Assembly: GCA_964012805.1 (NCBI GenBank)
Contig: CAXGUD010000047.1
Span: 1 to 26,459, forward strand
DNA length: 26,459 nucleotides
Reading direction: 5' to 3'
Source of the DNA: an uncultured Bacteriovoracaceae bacterium
GTDB lineage: Bacteria; Bdellovibrionota; Bacteriovoracia; Bacteriovoracales; Bacteriovoracaceae
A program made the position numbers and the translations under genes. The notes beneath the pieces are model-generated. The model was not told the origin of the DNA, did no database searches, and was given only the letters and a program-made list of their open reading frames with translations. The first letter of the stretch is position 1. Each line of letters starts with the position of its first letter. Below are positions 1 through 10,300 of this stretch, in pieces.

Positions 1-1366
1 AGGGAGAAGCATTTGAATCAACAAAAATATGCTTAGTTTTTCTTGCCATGGTCTGGGCAAAACGCCTGAAGTTTATAGGAGTGACACTTCGGATCCAAGT
101 TGTTGAATGCTCTTCGCTAGAACCACCCAGGTTAACTTTTTCTTGATCGGACAATTGACCCATTTCAGCTAATGACTCAGAAATTAACCATAGGGTGTTT
201 TTTACCGACTCTTCGATCGTGAGACTACAATTGGAAGATAGATCTTCAGTTAAAGCAACAAGAAAATGCCCAATTATTTGGCCTGCATAGTGGATATCCT
301 CAATGCAATCACTTGGATGATTTGGATCATAACAGAGGTAGTTTGGGTAAGAGAGTCTCGAATCATCAGATGAGTCTATTCCAGGAGCATGCATCCTATC
401 CGTTTCTTTCAATGGTCTTGAAGCATTTAAAAATAGACCAAGTGCCCACTCAAAGACATGAGGTCTTTCGTTCATGAAATAACTGAAGAAGTCCGCAAGC
501 CCCTCACCAATTGCCCCTGCTTCATCATAAAATAAATCTCCAAGGTCTATTCCAGTTGTATTGTTGTTTAAATTCAAAAGTATCTGGTTAAATACATGTC
601 CCATCTCATGATAGATGATTGTGGGGTCTTCTGAAAAATAAAAGTTTCTATACTGAGAGCTATGTCCTAAACATAGAGTCATTGTTGTAGGACTAAAAAA
701 TGCATTGTCCTTAAAGGAGCAGGTAGCATAAGTGGTTAAAGTATCATTGGTGCTATCTGTTCCGTCTAAGGTGTGCCTCCAATATCTATATTTATTATCT
801 GTAAAAAGGTCTGATGAGATATCACTTATGATATCAGACGTACTTTGTGCAAAAGCTATTTTTTCTTTAAGAGTGTCATGAAACTTTGTGATAATCTTCT
901 TCTTGTGGCCAAATGTATGAACTTCCAAAAACTCTTTTGATCTGGGATTAAATGCCCATTTCCCATTACTTGATCCTATTGCATCTTTATTTTTATCTTT
1001 TAAAACTTTATAGCAGCTAGTAACTGAATCACAGCTTTCCTCAAGCGTTTCGTTGTATGTTATGAAGTCTGCTCCAGGTTTTAGGAATTGTCCAAGGTTA
1101 ACATTTGGATTTAATTGCCTTTTTCCTGAAAGAATATAGGGGTTATCCTTAAGAATCCTGCCGTGTCCTACTGGAACCGTTGAAGGCAAATTTTTGAAAA
1201 CAGGGGAATTAGTTAATTCCTCAGACGGGTTTTCTAGTAAACAGGAAGAGGTAATTATTAGGATTAAAATAAAAGAAACAATATTTAACAAAAAGGAATT
1301 AAAATAAACCATTTTATCTTTTATTTTACTTATTCTTGAATACAGAAAACAAAAAATACGTTTCAT
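1..1366 (-). CDS. Zinc metallopeptidase lipoprotein, thermolysin-like (M4/M36 gluzincin); 3'-partial, runs off the window
   Basis: Not in the ORF track. My translation of the minus strand is open from ATG 1366 (alternative ATG 1312) to position 1. It begins MKRIFCFLYSRISKIKDKMVYFNSFLLNIVSFILILIITSSC (hydrophobic stretch plus lipobox-like Cys). It then contains DNAFF, IIYHEMGH (HExxH, 610-596), EAGAIGEGLADFF (GxxxExxxD third zinc ligand, ~490-525) and DIHYAG, the same motif order as thermolysin (NAFW...HELTH...GAINEAISD...VHINS). Confidence 0.85.
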   Translation of the reverse strand, partial: MKRIFCFLYSRISKIKDKMVYFNSFLLNIVSFILILIITSSCLLENPSEELTNSPVFKNLPSTVPVGHGRILKDNPYILSGKRQLNPNVNLGQFLKPGADFITYNETLEESCDSVTSCYKVLKDKNKDAIGSSNGKWAFNPRSKEFLEVHTFGHKKKIITKFHDTLKEKIAFAQSTSDIISDISSDLFTDNKYRYWRHTLDGTDSTNDTLTTYATCSFKDNAFFSPTTMTLCLGHSSQYRNFYFSEDPTIIYHEMGHVFNQILLNLNNNTTGIDLGDLFYDEAGAIGEGLADFFSYFMNERPHVFEWALGLFLNASRPLKETDRMHAPGIDSSDDSRLSYPNYLCYDPNHPSDCIEDIHYAGQIIGHFLVALTEDLSSNCSLTIEESVKNTLWLISESLAEMGQLSDQEKVNLGGSSEEHSTTWIRSVTPINFRRFAQTMARKTKHIFVDSNASP

Positions 1367-1368
1367 GC

Positions 1369-4300
1369 TTACCTTATATTGGTATCCGAATCGTTAACAG
1401 TTTCATTAATATTTTCTTCTCTTATATCACTTAAGTCTTTTTCTTTTCTTGTACTTTCATTTTGAGTAACGCAGGGATTATCCACTTCTTCTCCTAAATT
1501 AAGCCACTGTCTGCTAAATTCTGATCCTTTTGAATGTTCAACAGAGAGCTCTAGATCACCTATTAGACTATTTAAAGTTCTATATTGGCCTAGGTTTTTT
1601 TGAGCGTTACCATATTCCTCTTCAACACAAGTACTCCCGGAGGACTTTTTATCTTCACATACGCTTCGAGCTTTTCTTTTTAAATAATCATCAAGATGAA
1701 TACAAATATTGTTATTTTCTTTTTCGGGTGAGTTGCTTTTTTCTTCTCCAAAATTAATCGGTTTCGTTTCAAAAATGCTTTTGCTTATATCTAAAATATT
1801 ACTGATTCTGTTAGTTAATTCTGTTTCAGTTAAAGCTTCATTATTTTCATCACTAGAGCTAGATAAACCAAGGGAAGACTTTATATATTCTTTCTGCTGG
1901 GTTGTTAACTTAGGGTTATTTTCTGTCAGAGCATTAAATGTCTTGTGTCCAAGACTCTTTTTTACTTTATTCCAGTCATTGCCTTTAGCACTGCATAGCT
2001 TTACAAGATCAGGAGTATCATCTTCCTTTTTTTCAGTATCTTTTTCCGATTCATTTTGGTTTAGGTGGCAGAGGCTATCAAAGCTAGAAATATCCTTTAG
2101 AACTGTGATGTCATCATTTAGGAAAAAAGAAATTTCAGTGGCTTCTTTATAGAGAGAAGATGCCGAAAAATCACCTTCACATCCACCTAAAGGGTTAATT
2201 CTTAATCTATCAAATTTTCTACAAACCTTTGACACCTTATCAATTCTTTCCTTCAACTCTTTGTCTTTTTCAGCTTGTTTTTCACTTAATTTACTTTGAA
2301 TTTCTTTTTGACCCTTTTGAAAGTTTGAGATCGCTTCCATGCATTGATTTTTAACGTTATCCCAAGATTCTCTCGCCCTCATTAAATTTTCCTGGAAATT
2401 CTTTATGTAATTTTCTGCTAAGCTGTCGGCTTGTTTGGCTTGCTTTACTATGGCCAACTTTAACATAGTCAGTTTACGGGGGAGGTCCTTCTCGAGAAAG
2501 TCTAGATTTCCACCGCCTCTTAAAAGGACGTTATATTTTGATGCTTTAAGCTCAGGTAATGTTAGGCTTAAGCCCTCTGGAAGAGGAAAATCTGTCGTAG
2601 GAAAATATTTTTTCAAAGGATCAACGATGCTTTTTTTAAGAAATGCACCGACTTCATTTAAAAATAGCTGTTGTTTGGTAGTAGCATTTTTTATTGCATT
2701 ATTGTAACTATCTGCTGTTTTCACTAGGTCTTTATTTGTATTTACAATCATATTTTTTGTTTCTAGATAGCAAGTTTGAGTTTTCAATGCACAACTTGTT
2801 GCATGTTTAAGGCAAAAAGAAGCACCTCCAGGATACATTTTTTCTCCACATTGACTTTGGTCTAGTTCTATTCCTGAGCATTCAAGAACTCTATCGTTAA
2901 TTTCATTAGCTACATCGGTTACAAAATTGGATTCAAGTTCTTTGAGTTCGTTTAAATATTTTTCAGCTTTTTCCAAACGATACTTACGTGAATTAAGCCT
3001 CTTATTTTGTGAGGATAAGCTTTGGTCACTCTTAAAGAAATTTTTACAATTATCTACTGATTTTTTAAATAGATTGTAAGGCGAATCAGACGCTCTCCGA
3101 CCTTCAGCATTTTTATATATTACTTGAATAACCGTACCAAAAGTTTTTTCAAGGGCCTTAACTCTTGCTAATTTATCCTGAATGAATGCGTCTGATGTAA
3201 GAATTCTGTTTAATGCAGTTTTATATTGAGAAACTGTTGTACCACCACCTTCAATATTTATCTGCTTGATCCCACTCATTATTGAATCAAGCCCTATTCC
3301 TTTACCACCCTTACTTGGAGCATCAAAAACACAATCTTGAACAAACTTCTTTCTTTCAAAAACGATTGTATCGTTTATCTTTTTTCCGATTTCTCTATTA
3401 AAATCTTTATCAAAGGGAGGTGGTGAAAAATCCTTTCCAAGTAAATCTGGTTTTCTTAACTCCTTTTCTATTCTTGCTCTTTTTACTTTCATATTTCTAA
3501 TCTTTGAAAAAATAGCGTCAGTCGCTGGACGGAAAAGGGTAAGACCTCCTTTTGCCATATCGCTCATATTAAAACTAGACGTCCAATCATCAATTCCATT
3601 TGTGTTTACTTCACTAAAAATTCTAGATTTTATTTTATCGACATCCATTTCATATTTTCTTTTATTCTTTAAGTAATCTGCAGATGATCTAACTAAGCTT
3701 TTACCTGATTTTTGAGACTGAGAGTCCATTTCTTGTTTAATATTTAATAAACCGGCTTTTGAACCAATCATGTTTTGGTCATTAATGAGACCATCGCAAG
3801 CGGGAACTATGTTCCTAAGATCGCGGTTATCTGCTTCGACACTATTAGCACTATTTCCACCTCTTAAGATATCATTCAGAGAATCCATTTTTCTTTTTGC
3901 TAAAGACATTTCTTCTTTAAAAGCATTTACCATTTGTTTCATTCTATCTTCATAGCCTGTTAGGCCATTTAACTGATCCTTAATAAAGGATTTTTGAGCT
4001 TCTCGACTTTTTTTAAGGCAACCAAGTCCAGTTTGCTCATTATCTTCGGATAAGTTCTGAGCGTATGCAGTTTGATGTTGGTAGGAAGCATTGATAATCA
4101 TTTGGGCCATAGCTAGGCCCTGTGAATCATTGACCATACATGAAGGGGGTGTCGCTGTTTGAAGTGGTCTCATACAATTTGGGAAAATTTGATTTGGTAC
4201 TGGCTGTACTTTAGGCGTCAGATAAGATTGGAGAGAAGCCTGTTGCATTTTTAATTGCATTAGTTTGTATTGTTCATCCTGTTGCTTGCTAACTGCCTCT

Positions 4301-4416
4301 AGTGTTTTGACAACAACTCCAGCATTTTTGGTAAAGGCGTCCAATGCTTCTTGAGACTTAAGGTGAGTTGGAAAAAGCGAAGAAAATAAAAATGCGAAAA
4401 AGATAACTCTTTTCAT
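1369..4416 (-). CDS. Large secreted coiled-coil hypothetical protein (~1015 aa)
   Basis: Long ORF. ATG at 4416 gives a signal-peptide-like start (MKRVIFFAFLFSSLFPTHLKS-QEAL), so it is preferred over the track start at 4500. K/E/Q/L-rich helical sequence with 20 Cys. The stop lies 2 nt before the peptidase ATG at 1366. Confidence 0.8.
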   Translation of the reverse strand: MKRVIFFAFLFSSLFPTHLKSQEALDAFTKNAGVVVKTLEAVSKQQDEQYKLMQLKMQQASLQSYLTPKVQPVPNQIFPNCMRPLQTATPPSCMVNDSQGLAMAQMIINASYQHQTAYAQNLSEDNEQTGLGCLKKSREAQKSFIKDQLNGLTGYEDRMKQMVNAFKEEMSLAKRKMDSLNDILRGGNSANSVEADNRDLRNIVPACDGLINDQNMIGSKAGLLNIKQEMDSQSQKSGKSLVRSSADYLKNKRKYEMDVDKIKSRIFSEVNTNGIDDWTSSFNMSDMAKGGLTLFRPATDAIFSKIRNMKVKRARIEKELRKPDLLGKDFSPPPFDKDFNREIGKKINDTIVFERKKFVQDCVFDAPSKGGKGIGLDSIMSGIKQINIEGGGTTVSQYKTALNRILTSDAFIQDKLARVKALEKTFGTVIQVIYKNAEGRRASDSPYNLFKKSVDNCKNFFKSDQSLSSQNKRLNSRKYRLEKAEKYLNELKELESNFVTDVANEINDRVLECSGIELDQSQCGEKMYPGGASFCLKHATSCALKTQTCYLETKNMIVNTNKDLVKTADSYNNAIKNATTKQQLFLNEVGAFLKKSIVDPLKKYFPTTDFPLPEGLSLTLPELKASKYNVLLRGGGNLDFLEKDLPRKLTMLKLAIVKQAKQADSLAENYIKNFQENLMRARESWDNVKNQCMEAISNFQKGQKEIQSKLSEKQAEKDKELKERIDKVSKVCRKFDRLRINPLGGCEGDFSASSLYKEATEISFFLNDDITVLKDISSFDSLCHLNQNESEKDTEKKEDDTPDLVKLCSAKGNDWNKVKKSLGHKTFNALTENNPKLTTQQKEYIKSSLGLSSSSDENNEALTETELTNRISNILDISKSIFETKPINFGEEKSNSPEKENNNICIHLDDYLKRKARSVCEDKKSSGSTCVEEEYGNAQKNLGQYRTLNSLIGDLELSVEHSKGSEFSRQWLNLGEEVDNPCVTQNESTRKEKDLSDIREENINETVNDSDTNIR

Positions 4417-4510
4417 ATTCTCAATTTTAGAGACGACTGTTTTCAATCGTGTGTGGCGCAAAACTTCCTCCACAAATTTTAACTTACTCCATTGAATCAA
4501 ATATCTAGCT

Positions 4511-4537
4511 TTTTCGGTAAGTTAGAGCATAAAGTGA
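4511..4537 (-). promoter_or_regulatory. Weak sigma28/FliA-like promoter candidate for the 1015-aa protein/peptidase pair
   Basis: Minus strand reads TCACT-N14-ACCGAAAA versus consensus TAAAG/TCAAG-N14-GCCGATAA, about 95 nt upstream of ATG 4416. Confidence 0.25.
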
Positions 4538-4760
4538 GGGCGATTAACTCCTTTTTTCGTACCTCCATTTTAATACCTGTCTAAACTAGTCACAATTTTT
4601 CAAGATCATAAATAAATTCTCTTCCAAAAAGGTTGGCAATTTCAAGGACTTAAGTAGAATAGAGGATGAAAAAACAAATACTTAGGTATAAGGCTCCATC
4701 ACACCCTATTTTTTTTTGGTGAAGTTTGGAAAGCCCTAAATTTTTGCCACGATAGTTTAA

Positions 4761-6482
4761 ATGACAAATACCCGCCCTCAACAACAAGCTGATAGTGAAA
4801 CACTCCTTCAGAAGGTAAAGGGTGGAGGACTTCGTTTTCTGGCCGTTATTTTTGATTTTTGTTTGGCCTTTATTCTTTTTTCATTCCTATCTAAATGGGA
4901 ATTTTTAAATGATTTTTACAAGGAAATACATAAGGTCATCATATCTTTAAACTTATTTAAGAAATATCAATTTCTAAATCACACACTTCCTTTCGTTTGT
5001 TTAATTTTTTCATTATTTTTTATTCTTCGTTTCTGGACAACATTAATTTTTGGGGTCAGCTTCTCACAATTTATTTTAGGTTTGAGGGGAGACGTTTCCC
5101 GTTTATGGGACCGGATAGGGGGCTCAATTAGAGTTATCTTCGAATTACTTTTCTTACCTTTATTTTTATTTGAACTTATCTCTATCTTTAGAATGAGAAC
5201 ACTAAAAGAGTTTTTGACTTATACTCATGTTGTAGACCGAGATCCTAAGCTACCTATTTTTAGAATAATTATCATAACACCGATCATTTTATTCTTTACG
5301 ATTGTCTCGCCCTTATATAACAATCCTTCACTTTCACTGAATAAAGAGGTTAAAGTTTTAGATGCAATAAAAGAGTTGAGAATTAAGAAGAAAAAGATAA
5401 AAACACCCAAGAAATATTATGGTTCTAACTCTTATAAATTTTCGTCTTTTTCATCTTTGGGCAATGGACGTTTTATTATTTTCCCCTCATTTGATATTTT
5501 AAAAAAGGGTAAAGTAAGGACTGTTGTTCCTTTTTTTAAAATTTATGATAGAGATTCCAAAACGATGGGCAGCTGGAGGATAGAAAGGAAATTAGACCTC
5601 TTTGAACTTTTTGACCGTATAAAAGGGATGCAGCCACTCTTTTCTAAAAATTACCCTGGGCTTTCAAAATCTCTGGAAAAGGAGAGAAAACATTTTTTAA
5701 TAAGAAAGTATGAGGACCAATATCAGAATAGTTCCTTAATGGATTCCACAACCTTAGATGACATAAAAAAATATGCAAAAACCTCATTTAATCTTCAATT
5801 AAAAAACCTCTTTGATCATATGTTAAAGTCAGGACCATTTCTTAGCGGTTACGTTCTTTTTAAAGAAAAAATGATGGACTTCGTTCCGCCCCATGAGTCA
5901 TCTAGAGTTGATCAGGTTAAGTTTGGTAACGCTATATTCTTAAGGTTAAGGCAAAATTTATCGAAAAAAACCTTTTTAGAAGGGGAATGGCGGGAAACTC
6001 TCATAAACTTAAGCTCTCCAAACTCTTTTGTTTTTATCTTAAATTGGGGAGGGAGCTTTTCTCCGAAGAAGAGTCTTAGTGATTTTTATAAAGAATTCTT
6101 TACTCCTGCAAGGTGGTACTTTGACTATAAAGAACTTTTTGCTTTTCCATTAAAAAAGGAAAATATAAGACCTTTTCACGTTGCAGACTATTATACAAAG
6201 AGGCAACTTTCTCTTTCAAAAAGAGAACTTTTACAAAATTATATTTTAAAATATAACTTTTCCTTGGCCAAAGAAAATTTATTGTCTGGGAAAATGGATC
6301 CTGTATTGAAAGAATTATTAGCTAAACATGTTCAGAGAATGATAGACGTGGGTATATTAAGGAACCAAAGAAAAGAAAACTACTACAGCGCGTCTTTTTT
6401 TGATTCTTTAAGGCTGCTAAAAGGTGCAATTGAAACGGATAATAGGGCATTTTTTAAGAAAGTCTTTAATTATATGAGGTAA
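4761..6482 (+). CDS. Membrane protein with N-terminal RDD-like domain and large soluble C-terminal region
   Basis: LRFLAVIFDF and RTLKEFLTYTHVV resemble the first and last RDD-family motifs (R..A..ID; xlhD.la.T.VV). About 4 hydrophobic segments are followed by a ~390-aa hydrophilic region. 8-nt gap to uppP. Confidence 0.6.
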   Translation: MTNTRPQQQADSETLLQKVKGGGLRFLAVIFDFCLAFILFSFLSKWEFLNDFYKEIHKVIISLNLFKKYQFLNHTLPFVCLIFSLFFILRFWTTLIFGVSFSQFILGLRGDVSRLWDRIGGSIRVIFELLFLPLFLFELISIFRMRTLKEFLTYTHVVDRDPKLPIFRIIIITPIILFFTIVSPLYNNPSLSLNKEVKVLDAIKELRIKKKKIKTPKKYYGSNSYKFSSFSSLGNGRFIIFPSFDILKKGKVRTVVPFFKIYDRDSKTMGSWRIERKLDLFELFDRIKGMQPLFSKNYPGLSKSLEKERKHFLIRKYEDQYQNSSLMDSTTLDDIKKYAKTSFNLQLKNLFDHMLKSGPFLSGYVLFKEKMMDFVPPHESSRVDQVKFGNAIFLRLRQNLSKKTFLEGEWRETLINLSSPNSFVFILNWGGSFSPKKSLSDFYKEFFTPARWYFDYKELFAFPLKKENIRPFHVADYYTKRQLSLSKRELLQNYILKYNFSLAKENLLSGKMDPVLKELLAKHVQRMIDVGILRNQRKENYYSASFFDSLRLLKGAIETDNRAFFKKVFNYMR

Positions 6483-6490
6483 ATAAAAAG

Positions 6491-7306
6491 ATGGATATTC
6501 TTCAGGCCACTTTTTACGGAGTCATTCAGGGGCTCACAGAGTTTTTACCCATTAGCAGCAGTGGACATTTGGCTTTATTGCCTCAATTCCTTAAAATTCA
6601 AGACCCAGGCGTCGCATTTGATTTGACGATGCATGTAGGGACAGCTTTGGCCGTCATTCTTTATTTTAGAAAAGAGTTGAAGGTTCTCATTAGAGATACT
6701 GTTTGGACTTTTCTTGGTAAAAAGGAAAAACTAACTTCTAGGTCTTTACTGCCTCTTTATATGATTGCTTCCACGATTACCACGCTTGTTCTTGTTATCG
6801 CACTAAAAGGTTTTGTTGACTCATGGGGTGCCAGGGCACCTAAAATAATTGCCTTTAATTTGGCCTTTTTTGGAATTTTGATGTTTTGGGCAGACTTTAG
6901 AACTTCAAAAAGTTCAACAGAACTTATGATTGAAAAAGGGCAGTGGAAGAAGGCGCTTCTCATTGGTTTTTTTCAAGGATTTGCTATTTTTCCCGGTGTG
7001 AGCCGCTCCGGGGCAACACTTACGATTTCTAGGTTTCTGGGGCTTGAAAGAGATGAGGCTTCACGATACTCTTTTCTACTTTCTCTTCCAATTATTTTAG
7101 GTGGATTTGTTCTCAAGTTACCGGATCTACTCAATTCCGGAGGACAAGGAGTTTCTTTCGCTGCTTGTTTATGGGGAACTTTGATGGCATTCATTATGGG
7201 TCTTTTATCAATTCACTTCTTTTTGAAATTAATTCAAAATCTGGGTTTAGGTGTTTACGCCATTTATCGAATTTTGCTGGCCGGTTTTATTTTGTGGGTA
7301 CTATAG
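6491..7306 (+). CDS. uppP: Undecaprenyl-diphosphate phosphatase (BacA/UppP)
   Basis: Signature motifs QGLTEFLPISSSGHL, HVGTALAV, FPGVSRSGAT and YSFLLSLP; 271 aa, polytopic membrane protein. Confidence 0.97.
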   Translation: MDILQATFYGVIQGLTEFLPISSSGHLALLPQFLKIQDPGVAFDLTMHVGTALAVILYFRKELKVLIRDTVWTFLGKKEKLTSRSLLPLYMIASTITTLVLVIALKGFVDSWGARAPKIIAFNLAFFGILMFWADFRTSKSSTELMIEKGQWKKALLIGFFQGFAIFPGVSRSGATLTISRFLGLERDEASRYSFLLSLPIILGGFVLKLPDLLNSGGQGVSFAACLWGTLMAFIMGLLSIHFFLKLIQNLGLGVYAIYRILLAGFILWVL

Positions 7307-10300
7307 GCAATCTATTATGGCCATGTCTTGGCTTGTCGTTTGCAAGTCCCCAGGTACACAATAAATGGAATTATTCCACCTTAACCCTGCCTCAAAGAAC
7401 TTGGTCCTGTCATTAACCTGATTGGCCCTGGTATCACCATCTAAAAAACGCCTGACATTTTTTTCACTATCTTCATGCCCGGGAACTTTTAAATTTGATA
7501 ATGCGATACCTTTAGCGACCTTATTGGAGGCACATGCATTCAATTGACAGGCAAGTTGAATAACAACATCTGAACTTTTAATAAAACCAGTCATTTCATC
7601 AAAATATCCATCGGGCAGATTCTTTAAAGCTGAGGATACATAGCGGTTAAAAAAGATAGAAACATTGGTATAGTCAGGAAGATTACACTTAAGGGTTGTG
7701 GAATCATAATGACCAGAACAACAAACGTCTGGAGAAACTGTACTGTCTTTAACTTTTGTACCTAGAGGAAGGCAACAAGAGATTTTATCAGGGGAAAAAA
7801 TGGTTTTAAGTGAACTTGAAAAATTATTTGGATCATCTGCACCAAAGTATCTTTTATCGCTGGAATCCTTGTACTCAGCGTCCGTTGTTGCGGTTTGAAT
7901 AAAGTCTCCAATAGAAAAAGTATTTCCATCTACACTTTGATCAGTTGGGCTTACTTTACATTGGATATCAGTCTCATCCATGCTGGATACAGACACTTGA
8001 GGTATTCCTAAGAGCTCCAGGGAACTAATCCACTTTAAAATAGTATTGGCCTCTGAATTACCGATACTTCTCGCCAAACATTTGGGGTCATCTATATCGG
8101 GAACATGGGCACAGTCAAATTGATTCTCAGAGCATGTTATGTAAGTACCGCTTGTTTCACATTTTTCCCAATTAATACATTTAAAAGCGGTCATTGGAAT
8201 TGTCTGAGTCTTATCAGGGCCAAATCTATGCCCTCCTCCGTTTTGATCCTGATTAAATTCTCTTACCCAATGGCCAGAGCAACATGTCTTCGAAGAAACA
8301 TCGTTAAGTGTTTTAAATTGATTTTTCAAATCTTCATGTAGCATACAGTTATCTGCACCAGTTGTATTACTGCATTTATCAGGGCTTGCTGTCTTAAGAA
8401 CTGGGTAAACGATAGGAGAGTCCTGCATATTTTTATAATAGCTTGAAATTCTAGAGTATCTTTTTGTATCTGCTAGAGAAATATGAACTCCAGGAATTTT
8501 CTCACTATCAAAATCTGGAATTTCACTATTTGTGATTGCATCTCCAGTCTGGTCGACAAGAGTTCCAATAGTTATTGTTTTCCCCGTTTCTCTACAACAT
8601 CTATTCCTGGTTAAATCATAAAGTGGACTTTTGATAGATTCACTTTGAGAGCAAATTAATTCTTCTTTCCAGAAGTTTATTTCATATTTATTCAGAAGAT
8701 TTGTATAGGTTGTATCATTTTCATCAATAAGGGCCATGGCATTACTTACAAGATTCGTTGGAGCACAATCCTGGTCGGTGTGGCAAACAGATCCTGGGGC
8801 CCTTAAACAACGGTTTTTTTGCAAAATTGGCTCGGTTATCTGTTGGGAGTCGTAATCGACTAGCAGATTGCTAACACCAATAATTTCTTCAATTTTGTTA
8901 ACCGCATTTGTTGGTATCGCCTGGGTTACAGCAAGATTAGTTAGATTTGTATCATTTAGATTTTTTCCTAAGTCTGATGTGGAATCGATTAAGTGTACAA
9001 AGTTTAATGTTTGATCATCTAAAATAGCACAGGAGTTGACCATCTCAGTTGTCATGGTGACTACATTAGGAGTCATTCCAATACCGTTAAATTGATCCCC
9101 TCTAAATTGGTTTGCAGGTATTGTAGAGTTTTGTTCTTTAACAGTTAAGGTGTTTGAGTGTGTCGGCTCTCTTCCTGGAAGACAGATAGAGGTAATATTA
9201 TTGTAACTTAAGTTTTCCTGAGCTGTGGGGTTGATTTCTTCTTCACCATAATACTTTAGGGGTCTTCCAATAAGCCTTGTTCCGATGCCAAATGTATTGG
9301 CATTACTCTGCCCATCCGTTGAGTTTACATTTTGAGTTTTTATCGATTTTCCATAACGGGCTATTTTGTTATTAAATTTCTTGATAGGGACACCGTCAAT
9401 AAAGCTTTGGCAATAATAGTTAGGATTGCATGCATGGAGGCCTAACTCTTTATTACCACTGTAACTGGTTGAAGAGTTGGTTAATTTATAATCCTTTTTA
9501 CAAGGAGCGCCTCTTCCTCTGTAAACACACCTTTTCATAGAACCACCTAGATTTCCTAAGATATTTTTAAGGATTTCCATGCTGGAGACTGAATTGGGCT
9601 TTTCCTCAGCATTTTGATCAAATTGAGGCCAATTTGTACGGATTTGTGAAATTGACTGGCAAGAGTATTCCCAGCCTAGTTGAGTTACACAATCGGCATC
9701 AGAAAAACAAGTATGATAATTTTGGCATTGGGCCCCATCGCTTTCAATATCTTGTTTTGCATTTGGTTCAGAACCACTTACATTAGAGGGTAAGGTTATG
9801 AGAAGCCTAAAGGAGCTTTCAGTGGTGAGGTCTCCAAAGTAAGCATTAATTGCTACAAATAGTTTATTAGATGTAGCTTTTATTCTTCTTTGATTTCCAA
9901 TTGAAAACCACCTGACACCGTCAAATGATCCGATGATTGACCCATAATCAAAACCATACCAGTCTCTTTGGTATCCATTGGCGAAAAGAAAATGTTGGGC
10001 CGCTAATCGGTTCTTTCTTTGTTGTTGTGGATCTGAAAGTGGCTTGTGACTCCAGGGAATCATTGTGGCTGGAACGAAGCAAGCCCTCCCAAATAAATGA
10101 TCATCTGCTCTTGCATGATCTGGGTTGGAGATAAATTTATTCGTATTAGTAGGGTGCGGCAGATAACCTCCACCTTTAAAGTCAAAATTATTTGGGAAGA
10201 GTCTTGAAATATTTGAATAGTATTCGTTTCCACAATTTAAACAAGATGAAAAAGAGCCTTGTTCTATCCATAAATCGTATGTTTGATTGAAGGTTACAGG

